Below, piece by piece: positions 18,887-26,650 of a stretch of DNA of 32,000 bases (its first letter is position 1; each line of letters begins with the position of its first letter). Made by a program: the position numbers and the translations under genes. The DNA is taken from the NCBI RefSeq assembly GCF_000012925.1, contig NC_007517.1, positions 2,100,001-2,132,000 on the forward strand, given 5' to 3'. Below the pieces are notes generated by a model. That model was given only the letters and a program-made list of their open reading frames with translations. It ran no database searches and was not told the DNA's origin. The DNA is from Geobacter metallireducens GS-15 (GTDB lineage: Bacteria > Desulfobacterota > Desulfuromonadia > Geobacterales > Geobacteraceae).

Positions 18887-19758
18887 GCAACCTCCTGAAC
18901 CTCGGCATCCCCAAGGGGAGCCTCGAAAACGCCACCGTGGAGCTCTTCAGGAAATCGGGATGGCAGATCAGCATCTCCTCCCGCAGCTACTTCCCCGGCG
19001 TTGATGACGACGAGCTGAACTGCAAGCTGATCCGCCCCCAGGAGATGGGGAAATACGTGGAGCGCGGCACCATCGACGCCGGCATCGCCGGCCGCGACTG
19101 GGTCCGTGAGAACGACTCCGACGTGGTGGAAGTCTGCGAGATGGTCTACTCCAAAGTCTCCCGCCGCCCGGCCCGCTGGGTGCTGGTGGTCACCAAGGAC
19201 TCGACGGTGCAGAAGCCCGAAGACCTCCACGGCGCCACCATCTCCACCGAGCTGGTCGGTTTCACCAAGCGCTACTTCGCCGAGCGCAACATCCCGGTGA
19301 ACGTGGAGTTCTCCTGGGGGGCCACCGAGGCCAAGGTGGTGGATGGCCTCTGCGACGCCATCGTTGAGGTGACCGAAACCGGCTCCACCATCAAGGCCAA
19401 CGGCCTGCGCATCGTCTGCGACCTCATGGAGTCGGTGCCGGTCCTCATCGCCAACAAGGCCGCCTGGGCCGATCCCTGGAAGCGCCAGAAGATCGAGACC
19501 ATCGCCACGCTCCTCAAGGCGTCCCTGGCCGCCGAAGGGATGGTGGGTCTCAAGATGAACGCCCCCAACGACAAGGTCGAGGCCATCACGGAAATCCTTC
19601 CCAGCCTCAACCGTCCCACGGTTTCCCATCTCTACAAATCGGAGTGGGTCTCCATCGAGAGCGTGCTCCACGAGAAGGAAGTGCGGCGGATAGTGCCGCA
19701 ACTCCTGGCCCTCGGTGCCCAGGGGATCATCGAGTACTCGCTGAACAAGGTGCTGTGA
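18883..19758 (+). CDS. hisG: ATP phosphoribosyltransferase, long form
   Basis: The HisG N-terminus [27 protein letters not shown] starts at the ATG at 18883 and forms an ATGA overlap with the hisI stop. At 291 aa it is long-form sized. The track ORF from 18817 is an upstream extension inside hisI. Confidence 0.9.
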   Translation: MSNLLNLGIPKGSLENATVELFRKSGWQISISSRSYFPGVDDDELNCKLIRPQEMGKYVERGTIDAGIAGRDWVRENDSDVVEVCEMVYSKVSRRPARWVLVVTKDSTVQKPEDLHGATISTELVGFTKRYFAERNIPVNVEFSWGATEAKVVDGLCDAIVEVTETGSTIKANGLRIVCDLMESVPVLIANKAAWADPWKRQKIETIATLLKASLAAEGMVGLKMNAPNDKVEAITEILPSLNRPTVSHLYKSEWVSIESVLHEKEVRRIVPQLLALGAQGIIEYSLNKVL

Positions 19759-19819
19759 TTCCTTTCTGGGAGGAACAGCCAGACCCGTTTGACGGTCAGC
19801 GGAACGGGCGCCGGCTGCG

Positions 19820-20614
19820 CTAAATGCTGTACGCAGCCTCGCCTGCCGCTTCCCGATGTACCAGGTGAAACTCTTCGAAGAGTTCTCGCCGGTAGGTGGC
19901 GAATTCCTCACTGGTCCGGTCACAGGGACGAGGGAGATAAACGGGAAGAATCTTGCTGACTCGACCGGGATCGGGGGCCATGAGAATAACCCGTCCGCCA
20001 AGGTAAATAGCCTCGTCGAGGTCATGGGTGACGAAGATCACCGTAGGCCGCTTCTCTTCCCACAGACGCAGGACCTCGTCCTGGAGGCGCAGGCGGGTAA
20101 AAGCGTCCAGCGCTGCGAATGGTTCGTCCATGAAGAGGACGGAAGGCTCCACCGCCAGGGCGCGTGCAATGGCGACCCGCTGCTTCATCCCTCCGGAAAG
20201 CTGGTGCGGAAAGCTCTGAAGAAAGGAGGAGAGCCCGACCAGTTTCAAGTATTCGGTGGCCCGCTCCTGGGCCTCTTTTTTCCCCACCCCCCTTGATTGC
20301 AGGGCGAAGAGAACGTTGCCCAGCACCGTCCGCCACGGGAAAAGACCGTAATCCTGAAAGATCATGATGTGGTCGGGGTCCGGACCCGTTACTGGCTGGC
20401 CGTCAATGGTTATGCTGCCTGACGAGGGTCGATCGAAACCGGCCATGAGATTGATCAGGGTTGTTTTGCCGCAGCCCGATGGTCCCACCAGACAGATAAA
20501 CTCGCCAGCGCCAATCTCCAGGTCGAGCCGCTGCAAAGCCGTAATCTCTTTTCCTCCCGACGCAGGGAAACGTTTTTCAACGCCTTGAAGGTTAATTTTC
20601 ACCGGCCGGCTCAT
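19820..20614 (-). CDS. ABC transporter ATP-binding protein, NitT/TauT (nitrate/sulfonate/bicarbonate) family
   Basis: It has the Walker A motif GPSGCGKTT, the signature LSGGMKQRVAIARAL and the Walker B motif LFMDEPFAALD. The likely start MSRPVKINLQ at 20614 forms an ATGA overlap with the permease stop. The frame is open to 20644. Confidence 0.88.
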   Translation of the reverse strand: MSRPVKINLQGVEKRFPASGGKEITALQRLDLEIGAGEFICLVGPSGCGKTTLINLMAGFDRPSSGSITIDGQPVTGPDPDHIMIFQDYGLFPWRTVLGNVLFALQSRGVGKKEAQERATEYLKLVGLSSFLQSFPHQLSGGMKQRVAIARALAVEPSVLFMDEPFAALDAFTRLRLQDEVLRLWEEKRPTVIFVTHDLDEAIYLGGRVILMAPDPGRVSKILPVYLPRPCDRTSEEFATYRRELFEEFHLVHREAAGEAAYSI

Positions 20615-21369
20615 GCCGCACCTCCCCATCGACGGCCAAGCCACAACTCGGCAAGCCGCATCACCCTGTTTATGAGAAGCCCCAGTAGCCCGACCACCAG
20701 CATACCGGCGAGAATCCAGTCGGTGCGCAGGAAATTACGAGCATCAATAATCATGAAGCCGAGCCCCGACTGGGCACCCAGCATCTCTCCGGCCACCAGA
20801 TGGATCCAGCCGGTCCCCACCCCGATATGTAGCCCCACCATGATGCCTGGAAAGGCGGCAGGAACCACAACCCTGAGAAAGGTCGGCAACGGACGAGTGC
20901 CAAAATTGGCGGCCACCTTCAGATAGATGACCGGAACCTTCACCACCGCGCTTATGGTTGAGACAAGGATCGGAAAGAACACCGAGAGGAAAATAATGAA
21001 GACAGCCGGTGCATTGCCGATCCCGAACCAAAGAACCGCGAGGGGAAACCACGCAATGGGTGAAATCGGGCGAAGAAGCTGTATCAGGGGATCAACGGCG
21101 CAGCGGGCAAGCGGTTGGCGCCCGAGCAGCAGGCCAAGGGGGACCGCCGTTACCAGCGCCAGCAAATAGGCACTACCGAACCGGGCGAGACTCACGCCGA
21201 TATGCCCCCAGAGAACCCCGTCGGCGGAGAGCTCAACCAGAGCCTTTACCACGTCTGTGGGGGCGGGAAATTGTTCCGGCGGGTAGAATCTGGCTACAAC
21301 CTGCCACATTGCGATGAATGCCGCTGCTGATACAAGCGGTAATACCCGCTGTGCTGACTTGGGAGCCAT
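20611..21369 (-). CDS. ABC transporter permease, NitT/TauT family
   Basis: A polytopic membrane protein with the BPD-transporter region (...GAQSGLGFMIIDARNFLRTD...). The likely start MAPKSAQ at 21369 lies 4 nt after the SBP stop and has GAGGAAAGGG upstream. The frame is open to 21402. Confidence 0.85.
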   Translation of the reverse strand: MAPKSAQRVLPLVSAAAFIAMWQVVARFYPPEQFPAPTDVVKALVELSADGVLWGHIGVSLARFGSAYLLALVTAVPLGLLLGRQPLARCAVDPLIQLLRPISPIAWFPLAVLWFGIGNAPAVFIIFLSVFFPILVSTISAVVKVPVIYLKVAANFGTRPLPTFLRVVVPAAFPGIMVGLHIGVGTGWIHLVAGEMLGAQSGLGFMIIDARNFLRTDWILAGMLVVGLLGLLINRVMRLAELWLGRRWGGAA

Positions 21370-21373
21370 CGAT

Positions 21374-22339
21374 CTACCCTTTCCTCTTCGCAAAGCGGTC
21401 ATCCAGATAGCCAGTCAGATCCACCTTGGCTTTCGCAACCCCAAACTTCACCATGTAGTCCTGAATGGCGACGAAATCTGCCCGTGAAGGAGCCAAATTT
21501 CGGAAAGTGAGGCGATCCTGAGGAGTAGTGAGGACTTTCTCTACGATCTCCGGGCGCTGGCCGAGAATCTTTACCGATCCCCTGGCCGCTTCGGCCGGCT
21601 TGGACTCAATGAAAGAAGCGGTACGGATAAGCCCCGTAACCAGTTCCTGTACCTCGGCAGGATAGCTCTGGATTATCTTTTCCTGCAGGTTAAGGGTGCA
21701 GCAGATGTGGTCTTTCCAGATATCCTTGGAGAGAACGAGGATCTTTCCCACCTTCTGGGCCTCGGCCTGGGCACCGAAAGGCTCGGCCACCATGAAGCCG
21801 TGGATCCGGCCGGTGGCGAGTGCAACCGGCATCTCGGGAGGCGCCATATCTATCACTTTCACGTCCCGCCCCGGCACCAGCCCCTTCTCGCTCAAGGCCT
21901 TGCGCAGCAGCAGGTTGTGAGTCGAAAAAGGACTCGGTATGGCGACGGTCTTGCCCCGCAAATCCGTGATACGGTTGATATCGGGTGAATTTTTTACCGT
22001 TATGGCGCTGCCATTACGGTGCCCCAGGAGCACCACTTTGATCGGTGCCCCCTTTTGGCGGAGCGCCAACCCCATGGGAGTGAGGAGGAAACCGCCGTCG
22101 ATTTTCCCATTCTTCAGGGCTTCGGCGATCTCGGGCCATGAGGAAAACCTCACCGGCTTGATGCGGATGTTTTTGAACTGCTCCCTCTCGGCGGCAATCA
22201 TGAGGAGGTGATCGGTGAGGGGGAGATAACCGATCTTAAGGGAAAGTGTGGCCCCGCCGGCCCAGGCGAAACGGCCGAAGGGAGTGGCAGCAGCAGCCAA
22301 AGCCAGGCCCGAGGTTTTGAGAAAGTCGCGTCTGTTCAT
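21374..22339 (-). CDS. periplasmic substrate-binding protein, NMT1/NrtA-CmpA-like (NitT/TauT family), with twin-arginine signal peptide
   Basis: The N-terminus MNRRDFLKTSGLALAAAATPFGRFAWA matches the Tat consensus (RRxFLK). The mature part begins LKIGYLPLTDHLLMIAAE...SSWPEIAEALKNGKIDGGFLLTPMGL, which resembles the NrtA/CmpA-type N-lobe as I remember it. It starts 17 nt after the cooS stop. Confidence 0.8.
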   Translation of the reverse strand: MNRRDFLKTSGLALAAAATPFGRFAWAGGATLSLKIGYLPLTDHLLMIAAEREQFKNIRIKPVRFSSWPEIAEALKNGKIDGGFLLTPMGLALRQKGAPIKVVLLGHRNGSAITVKNSPDINRITDLRGKTVAIPSPFSTHNLLLRKALSEKGLVPGRDVKVIDMAPPEMPVALATGRIHGFMVAEPFGAQAEAQKVGKILVLSKDIWKDHICCTLNLQEKIIQSYPAEVQELVTGLIRTASFIESKPAEAARGSVKILGQRPEIVEKVLTTPQDRLTFRNLAPSRADFVAIQDYMVKFGVAKAKVDLTGYLDDRFAKRKG

Positions 22340-22356
22340 GGGTATATCCTCCGTCT

Positions 22357-24366
22357 TTACGGATGTTCGTGATGATGTGGGTGCCCGTGGGCGTGGGCAT
22401 GGGCGTGGCCCGCCTCCTGCTGGAGCGCCATGAGCCGGGCCGAGGCAGGCGGGCCGCAGGGGGCCCAGCCGAGCGCGGCACGACGCTCATCGAAGTCGGC
22501 GACGATCCGGCGGGCAAGGGCTACAGGGTCTCCATCCACCACCATGACCGATCCGAGGGTTTCCCGGGTGGCCTCGGCGAAAAAGCGGGCGACCTTGTCC
22601 GAGCCGGCCACTGGCGGGGCGATGCAGTGGTAGGAGTTAAGGCCAAGAAGGCGGAAGCCGAGGGCTGCGCCGAGCCCCTTCTCGTTGGACCACTCGGGGC
22701 TGGAAAAGGCGCAGGGGAGACGACGCAGGGGCTCGGCTGCGGTCAGGGCCAAGCCCTTGAACAGCGCTGAAGCCCGGGCGTTGTCGAGGCATTCGCCCAT
22801 GTGCCAGACCGGCGGCAAGTTGAGGGGACCGAGCACGCTCTTTAACCCATCACCGGCCCCGGTCACCCCCTCGGGGAGGCAAAAGCCCATCTTCAGCAGG
22901 GCAAAGGCGGCACAACCGTTGGTCAGAAGCACCACGTCGTGGGCGATGAGTTCCTCGGCCACCTTCACCACCGCCTCCTCGTAGACCACCTTGGGATTGT
23001 TGCACCCCACGAGGTTCACCACGCCGCGGATGCGGCCGCTCTGCAGGTGTTCAAGGAGTCGGTCTGCCCCGCCAAAGGTGGCGGTGATATTCTCCACGGA
23101 GAAGCCCACCTCGGCGTCCATCCGGGCAGGGGGGATGAAGACCTTGCCTGCCTGTCGCTCGCCGAAGGCCTGGATGCCGCGCCGCACGATCCGCTGGGCC
23201 AACTGGTCGGCCTGGTCGAGGTTGGAGTGATGGTGGTCAAAGGCAATATGCTCGGCACCGGGAAGCCGGGCCGAGTCACTGGTGGTAACCACCCGGGTGT
23301 GGAAGCAGGCGGCAACGTCCATGATGCCGGGGAAAACGTCCTGGACATCGGCCACCCAAAGGTCAAGGGCGCCGGTTGCCAGCACCAGCTCCGCCCCCAT
23401 GGCGTTTGAGAGGGGGGTAACGTCGCCGAACTTGGCCAAGGCCGAGTGGCCGGAGCAGCAGATGCCGTAGAGCCGAACGGTCTCGGCCCCCGCTTCTTTC
23501 GCCTCCTCAATCAGCTCCGTCCGCCGGGCTGCTGCAAGGATGGCAGCCACCAGCACCGGCGAATGGCCGTGGACGGCGATGTTCACGGTATTTTCGGTGA
23601 TTGCTCCAACATTGGTTGAAACCCGGCTCCGCTTGGGGAGACCATAGAGACAGTCCATGGCGACGGCGGACCCCATCACGCTGCTCCAGGCAAAGGCAAG
23701 GCCGCAGCGGAGCACCTGGCGCATGACGTTTTCCCAATCGCCGTCGGTGCCGGTGGTGGTGCGGTGCAGGGCCTCGAACACCTCGTGGTAGGCCCCAACT
23801 GGGAGGATGTCGAGTTCCTTCCAGACAGAAAGACGCTCAGGAGTCGCCATGGCCTCCAGGGTCCGGTGCGGTCCGGGAATGGTCCGGCAGAGGTCCTCCA
23901 GGAGGATGAGGGCAATCTCACCCGCCATCTGGGGGATGGCTTTATTTTCATCAAAGATCCCGAACGCTTTGGCTGTGGCCACGACCTTTTCCGGGCCGAG
24001 GATCGGCAGGTCGAGAGCGCCTTCAGCCGCCCCTTTGAGGGCCAGCATCACCTCCCGTCCCCGGGCCCCGTGGGCCGCCACACCCGCCGCCGTCCAGCGG
24101 AGTATATTGCGGGCAACGATCAGGTGCGCATCGGCGCCGCAGACGCCCCGCTGGCTTTTCGGCGTAATCCGGCAGGGGCCCATGTGGCAGTTCTTGCAGC
24201 ATGTTCCGGCCAGGCCGAAACCGCAGTGGGGCTTCTGGGCATCGAAACGATCGAAGGAGGTCTCAATGCCGGCCTGGTCCAGATGTTCCAGAATGGCTCG
24301 GACCGCTGGATCGGGGGTGCGGGCGATAACATCGCCCTTGGTTGGAAACGTGTTCTTCTTGCTCAT
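22357..24366 (-). CDS. cooS: CooS-type anaerobic carbon monoxide dehydrogenase catalytic-subunit homologue, variant C-cluster ligand set and His-rich C-terminal tail
   Basis: 669-aa ORF. The D/B-cluster cysteines are present: HCGFGLAGTCCKNCHMGPC...GVCGA. The C-cluster motifs AVHGHSP, GICCSG, VGCNNP, TNGCAA and HMGECLDN are present. The motif that normally reads D(V/Y)QC(I)xP reads DVQDVFP here. The protein ends EAGHAHAHAHGHPHHHEHP. Confidence 0.88.
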   Translation of the reverse strand: MSKKNTFPTKGDVIARTPDPAVRAILEHLDQAGIETSFDRFDAQKPHCGFGLAGTCCKNCHMGPCRITPKSQRGVCGADAHLIVARNILRWTAAGVAAHGARGREVMLALKGAAEGALDLPILGPEKVVATAKAFGIFDENKAIPQMAGEIALILLEDLCRTIPGPHRTLEAMATPERLSVWKELDILPVGAYHEVFEALHRTTTGTDGDWENVMRQVLRCGLAFAWSSVMGSAVAMDCLYGLPKRSRVSTNVGAITENTVNIAVHGHSPVLVAAILAAARRTELIEEAKEAGAETVRLYGICCSGHSALAKFGDVTPLSNAMGAELVLATGALDLWVADVQDVFPGIMDVAACFHTRVVTTSDSARLPGAEHIAFDHHHSNLDQADQLAQRIVRRGIQAFGERQAGKVFIPPARMDAEVGFSVENITATFGGADRLLEHLQSGRIRGVVNLVGCNNPKVVYEEAVVKVAEELIAHDVVLLTNGCAAFALLKMGFCLPEGVTGAGDGLKSVLGPLNLPPVWHMGECLDNARASALFKGLALTAAEPLRRLPCAFSSPEWSNEKGLGAALGFRLLGLNSYHCIAPPVAGSDKVARFFAEATRETLGSVMVVDGDPVALARRIVADFDERRAALGWAPCGPPASARLMALQQEAGHAHAHAHGHPHHHEHP

Positions 24367-24463
24367 GATCTGCTCTCTCTTGGCTCGATATATTAATCAA
24401 ATCTGTTCTTGACTTTATTACTATAAGTTACACAAACAACATCAACAGATAAAGTGAACCGAA

Positions 24464-24492
24464 AAAATAAAGAATGGTTTTTAAATTGTCAA
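24464..24492 (-). promoter_or_regulatory. candidate sigma70 promoter for the cooS-ABC operon
   Basis: On the minus strand there is TTGACA (24492..24487), a 17-nt spacer and TATTTT (24469..24464), set in a strongly AT-rich 170-nt intergenic region. A second TTGACA lies 13 bp upstream (24505..24500). Confidence 0.45.
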
Positions 24493-24537
24493 CACATACT
24501 GTCAAAATTTCACATCTAGTTGCGTAATTTAGAGCAG

Positions 24538-24705
24538 TTACTTCAGCCAGACCTTTTCGCTCTTGTCGATCTTGATCACCTTCCCGTCCTGAATGACGAG
24601 GGTGACCGTGCCGAAGCGGATCTCCCACAGCGCCGCCCGGATTTTCTCCTCCCGGTCACTGCTCCACGGTTCTCCCTGATCGATAACCGCCGCGTTTGCC
24701 GTCTC
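24538..24705 (-). CDS. YezD/DUF2292-like small protein (start codon unresolved)
   Basis: I translated this by hand. The frame reads ...EPWSSDREEKIRAALWEIRFGTVTLVIQDGKVIKIDKSEKVWLK* with the stop at 24538..24540. The core FGTVTLVIQDGKVIKIDKSEK matches the YezD family motif as I remember it, and that family is often found beside sulfate-transport genes. No in-frame ATG, GTG or TTG lies upstream of the conserved core. Confidence 0.45.
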   Translation of the reverse strand, partial: ETANAAVIDQGEPWSSDREEKIRAALWEIRFGTVTLVIQDGKVIKIDKSEKVWLK

Positions 24706-24731
24706 TCAACTCCTTCTGATCGGTGGCGCCA

Positions 24732-25763
24732 CTAAATCTGATAATCACCCACAAACCTCTGCATCTTCCGGGGCCGGGCGTAGACCGTTTCACCTATGCC
24801 GAGGGCGAGGCGCTCGGCCCCGTCCCGGGAGAGTTCCGCCTCCACCGTCTTGCCGGTGCCCCGCACGAGGAGCTCCACCCGCACCGCCGGACCCACCGCC
24901 TGGACATGACGCACCTCGGCCTCTACAGCAGCAACGGTGGGGGTGCGCTCCACCTCGATGTCGTGGGAGCGGACATACCCCACGGAAAGTTCCGGGGCCG
25001 CTGCCCGCGCCTGTCCCTGCTCCGCCCGGCAGTGGAAGAGGTTCACGCTGCCGAGGAAGTCGAAGACGAAAGGGTTGGCCGGCTGATCGTAGACCTCGGC
25101 CGGGGTCCCCACCTGCTCGATCCGCCCCTTGTTCATCACCACGATCCGGTCGGCCACTTCCAGGGCCTCCTCCTGGTCGTGGGTGACGAAGACGCTCGTG
25201 ACATGGATCTCGTCATGGAGCCGCCGCAGCCACCTTCTGAGTTCCACCCGCACCTTGGCGTCCAAGGCGCCGAAGGGCTCGTCAAGGAGGAGCACCTTCG
25301 GCTCCACCGCCAGGGCCCGGGCCAGGGCCACCCGCTGTCGCTGGCCCCCCGAGAGCTGCGACGGGTAGCGGTCGGCAAGTCCTTCGAGTTGCACGAGGCG
25401 CAGGAGTTCAAAGACCCGCTCCCTGATCTCCTTCTTCGACGGCCGCTCCTTGCGCGGCTTTACGGTGAGGCCGAAGGCGACGTTCTCTGCCACAGTCATG
25501 TGCCGGAAGAGCGCATAGTGCTGGAAGACGAACCCCACTTGCCGCTCCCGCACGTGGCGGTCGGTGGTCTCCTCGCCGTCGAAGCGGATCGAGCCCGCAT
25601 CGGGGGTCTCCAACCCGGCGATGATCCGCAGGAGGGTCGTCTTACCCGACCCCGAGGGGCCGAGGAGCGCCGTCAGTTCCCCCGACGGCACGGTGAGGTT
25701 CACGTCGTTCAGGGCGGTGAAGCTGCCAAAAGCTTTGTTGACACTGACAATCTCTATGCTCAT
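24732..25763 (-). CDS. cysA: sulfate/thiosulfate ABC transporter ATP-binding protein
   Basis: 343-aa ORF with the Walker A motif GPSGSGKTT, the signature [15 protein letters not shown], the Walker B motif [11 protein letters not shown], and a C-terminal TOBE-like regulatory domain. It follows cysT-cysW. Confidence 0.92.
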   Translation of the reverse strand: MSIEIVSVNKAFGSFTALNDVNLTVPSGELTALLGPSGSGKTTLLRIIAGLETPDAGSIRFDGEETTDRHVRERQVGFVFQHYALFRHMTVAENVAFGLTVKPRKERPSKKEIRERVFELLRLVQLEGLADRYPSQLSGGQRQRVALARALAVEPKVLLLDEPFGALDAKVRVELRRWLRRLHDEIHVTSVFVTHDQEEALEVADRIVVMNKGRIEQVGTPAEVYDQPANPFVFDFLGSVNLFHCRAEQGQARAAAPELSVGYVRSHDIEVERTPTVAAVEAEVRHVQAVGPAVRVELLVRGTGKTVEAELSRDGAERLALGIGETVYARPRKMQRFVGDYQI

Positions 25764-25798
25764 GTCATGGTTCCTTTGTGATGGTCTTGGCGATCAGG

Positions 25799-26635
25799 TT
25801 AAGCGCTCTCGCGCATCCGCCACTCGACGAAACTCTTCGCCACCAGAGTGACCAGCGCCAGAAGCGCCAGGAGCGAGGCCACGGCAAAGGCGGCAACGTA
25901 GTTGTATTCGTTGTAGAGGATCTCCACGTGGAGGGGGATCGTGTTGGTCGCCCCCCGGATATGGCCGGAAACCACCGAGACGGCACCGAACTCCCCCATT
26001 GCCCGGGCGTTGCAGAGGATCACCCCGTAGAGGAGCCCCCACTTGATGTTGGGTATCGTCACCCGCCAGAACGCTTGGAAGCCGCTCGCGCCAAGGGTAA
26101 TGGCCGCCTCCTCCTCGTCCTTCCCCTGGGCCTCCATGAGCGGAATCAGCTCCCGGGCTACGAAGGGGAAGGTGACGAAGACCGTGGCGAGGACGATCCC
26201 CGGCACGGCGAAGATGATCTTCAGGTCATGGGCCTGGAGCCACGGCCCGAGCCAACCCTGGAGCCCGAAGAGGAGCACGTAGATGAGCCCGGAAATGACC
26301 GGCGACACCGAGAACGGCAGGTCGATGAGGGTGATGAGGAGTTGCTTCCCCCGGAACTCGAACTTGGCGATGGCCCAGGCGGCCACCACCCCGAAGACCA
26401 GGTTCACCGGCACGCTCACCGCTGCGGTGACGAGAGTCAGCTTCACCGCCGCCAGGGCGTCGGGCTCGCGGATGGCGGAGAGATACGCGCCCCATCCCTT
26501 CTCCAGGGCTTGGACGAAAACCGCCGCCAAGGGGACGAAGAGGAAGAGGCCCAGGAAGAGGAACGCCGTGACGATGAGCAACCAGCGCACGAGAGCCGGC
26601 TCGGTGCGGGCTGATTTTGCAGAAATGCTGGACAT
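25799..26635 (-). CDS. cysW: sulfate ABC transporter permease CysW
   Basis: A 278-aa polytopic permease, second of two paralogous permeases between sbp and cysA. It has the typical CysW ending ...[21 protein letters not shown]. Confidence 0.88.
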   Translation of the reverse strand: MSSISAKSARTEPALVRWLLIVTAFLFLGLFLFVPLAAVFVQALEKGWGAYLSAIREPDALAAVKLTLVTAAVSVPVNLVFGVVAAWAIAKFEFRGKQLLITLIDLPFSVSPVISGLIYVLLFGLQGWLGPWLQAHDLKIIFAVPGIVLATVFVTFPFVARELIPLMEAQGKDEEEAAITLGASGFQAFWRVTIPNIKWGLLYGVILCNARAMGEFGAVSVVSGHIRGATNTIPLHVEILYNEYNYVAAFAVASLLALLALVTLVAKSFVEWRMRESA

Positions 26636-26650
26636 GTCGTAGTCTCCCGA

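Noticed and set aside
24487-24516. Possible CooA/CRP-type site (TGTGAAATTTTGACAG on the minus strand) upstream of cooS.
   Set aside because: The right half-site does not match TCACA/CGACA at the required N6 spacing. A TGACA half appears only with a 5-nt spacer, so it is not a credible CRP-family palindrome. It is kept only as a direct TTGACA repeat.
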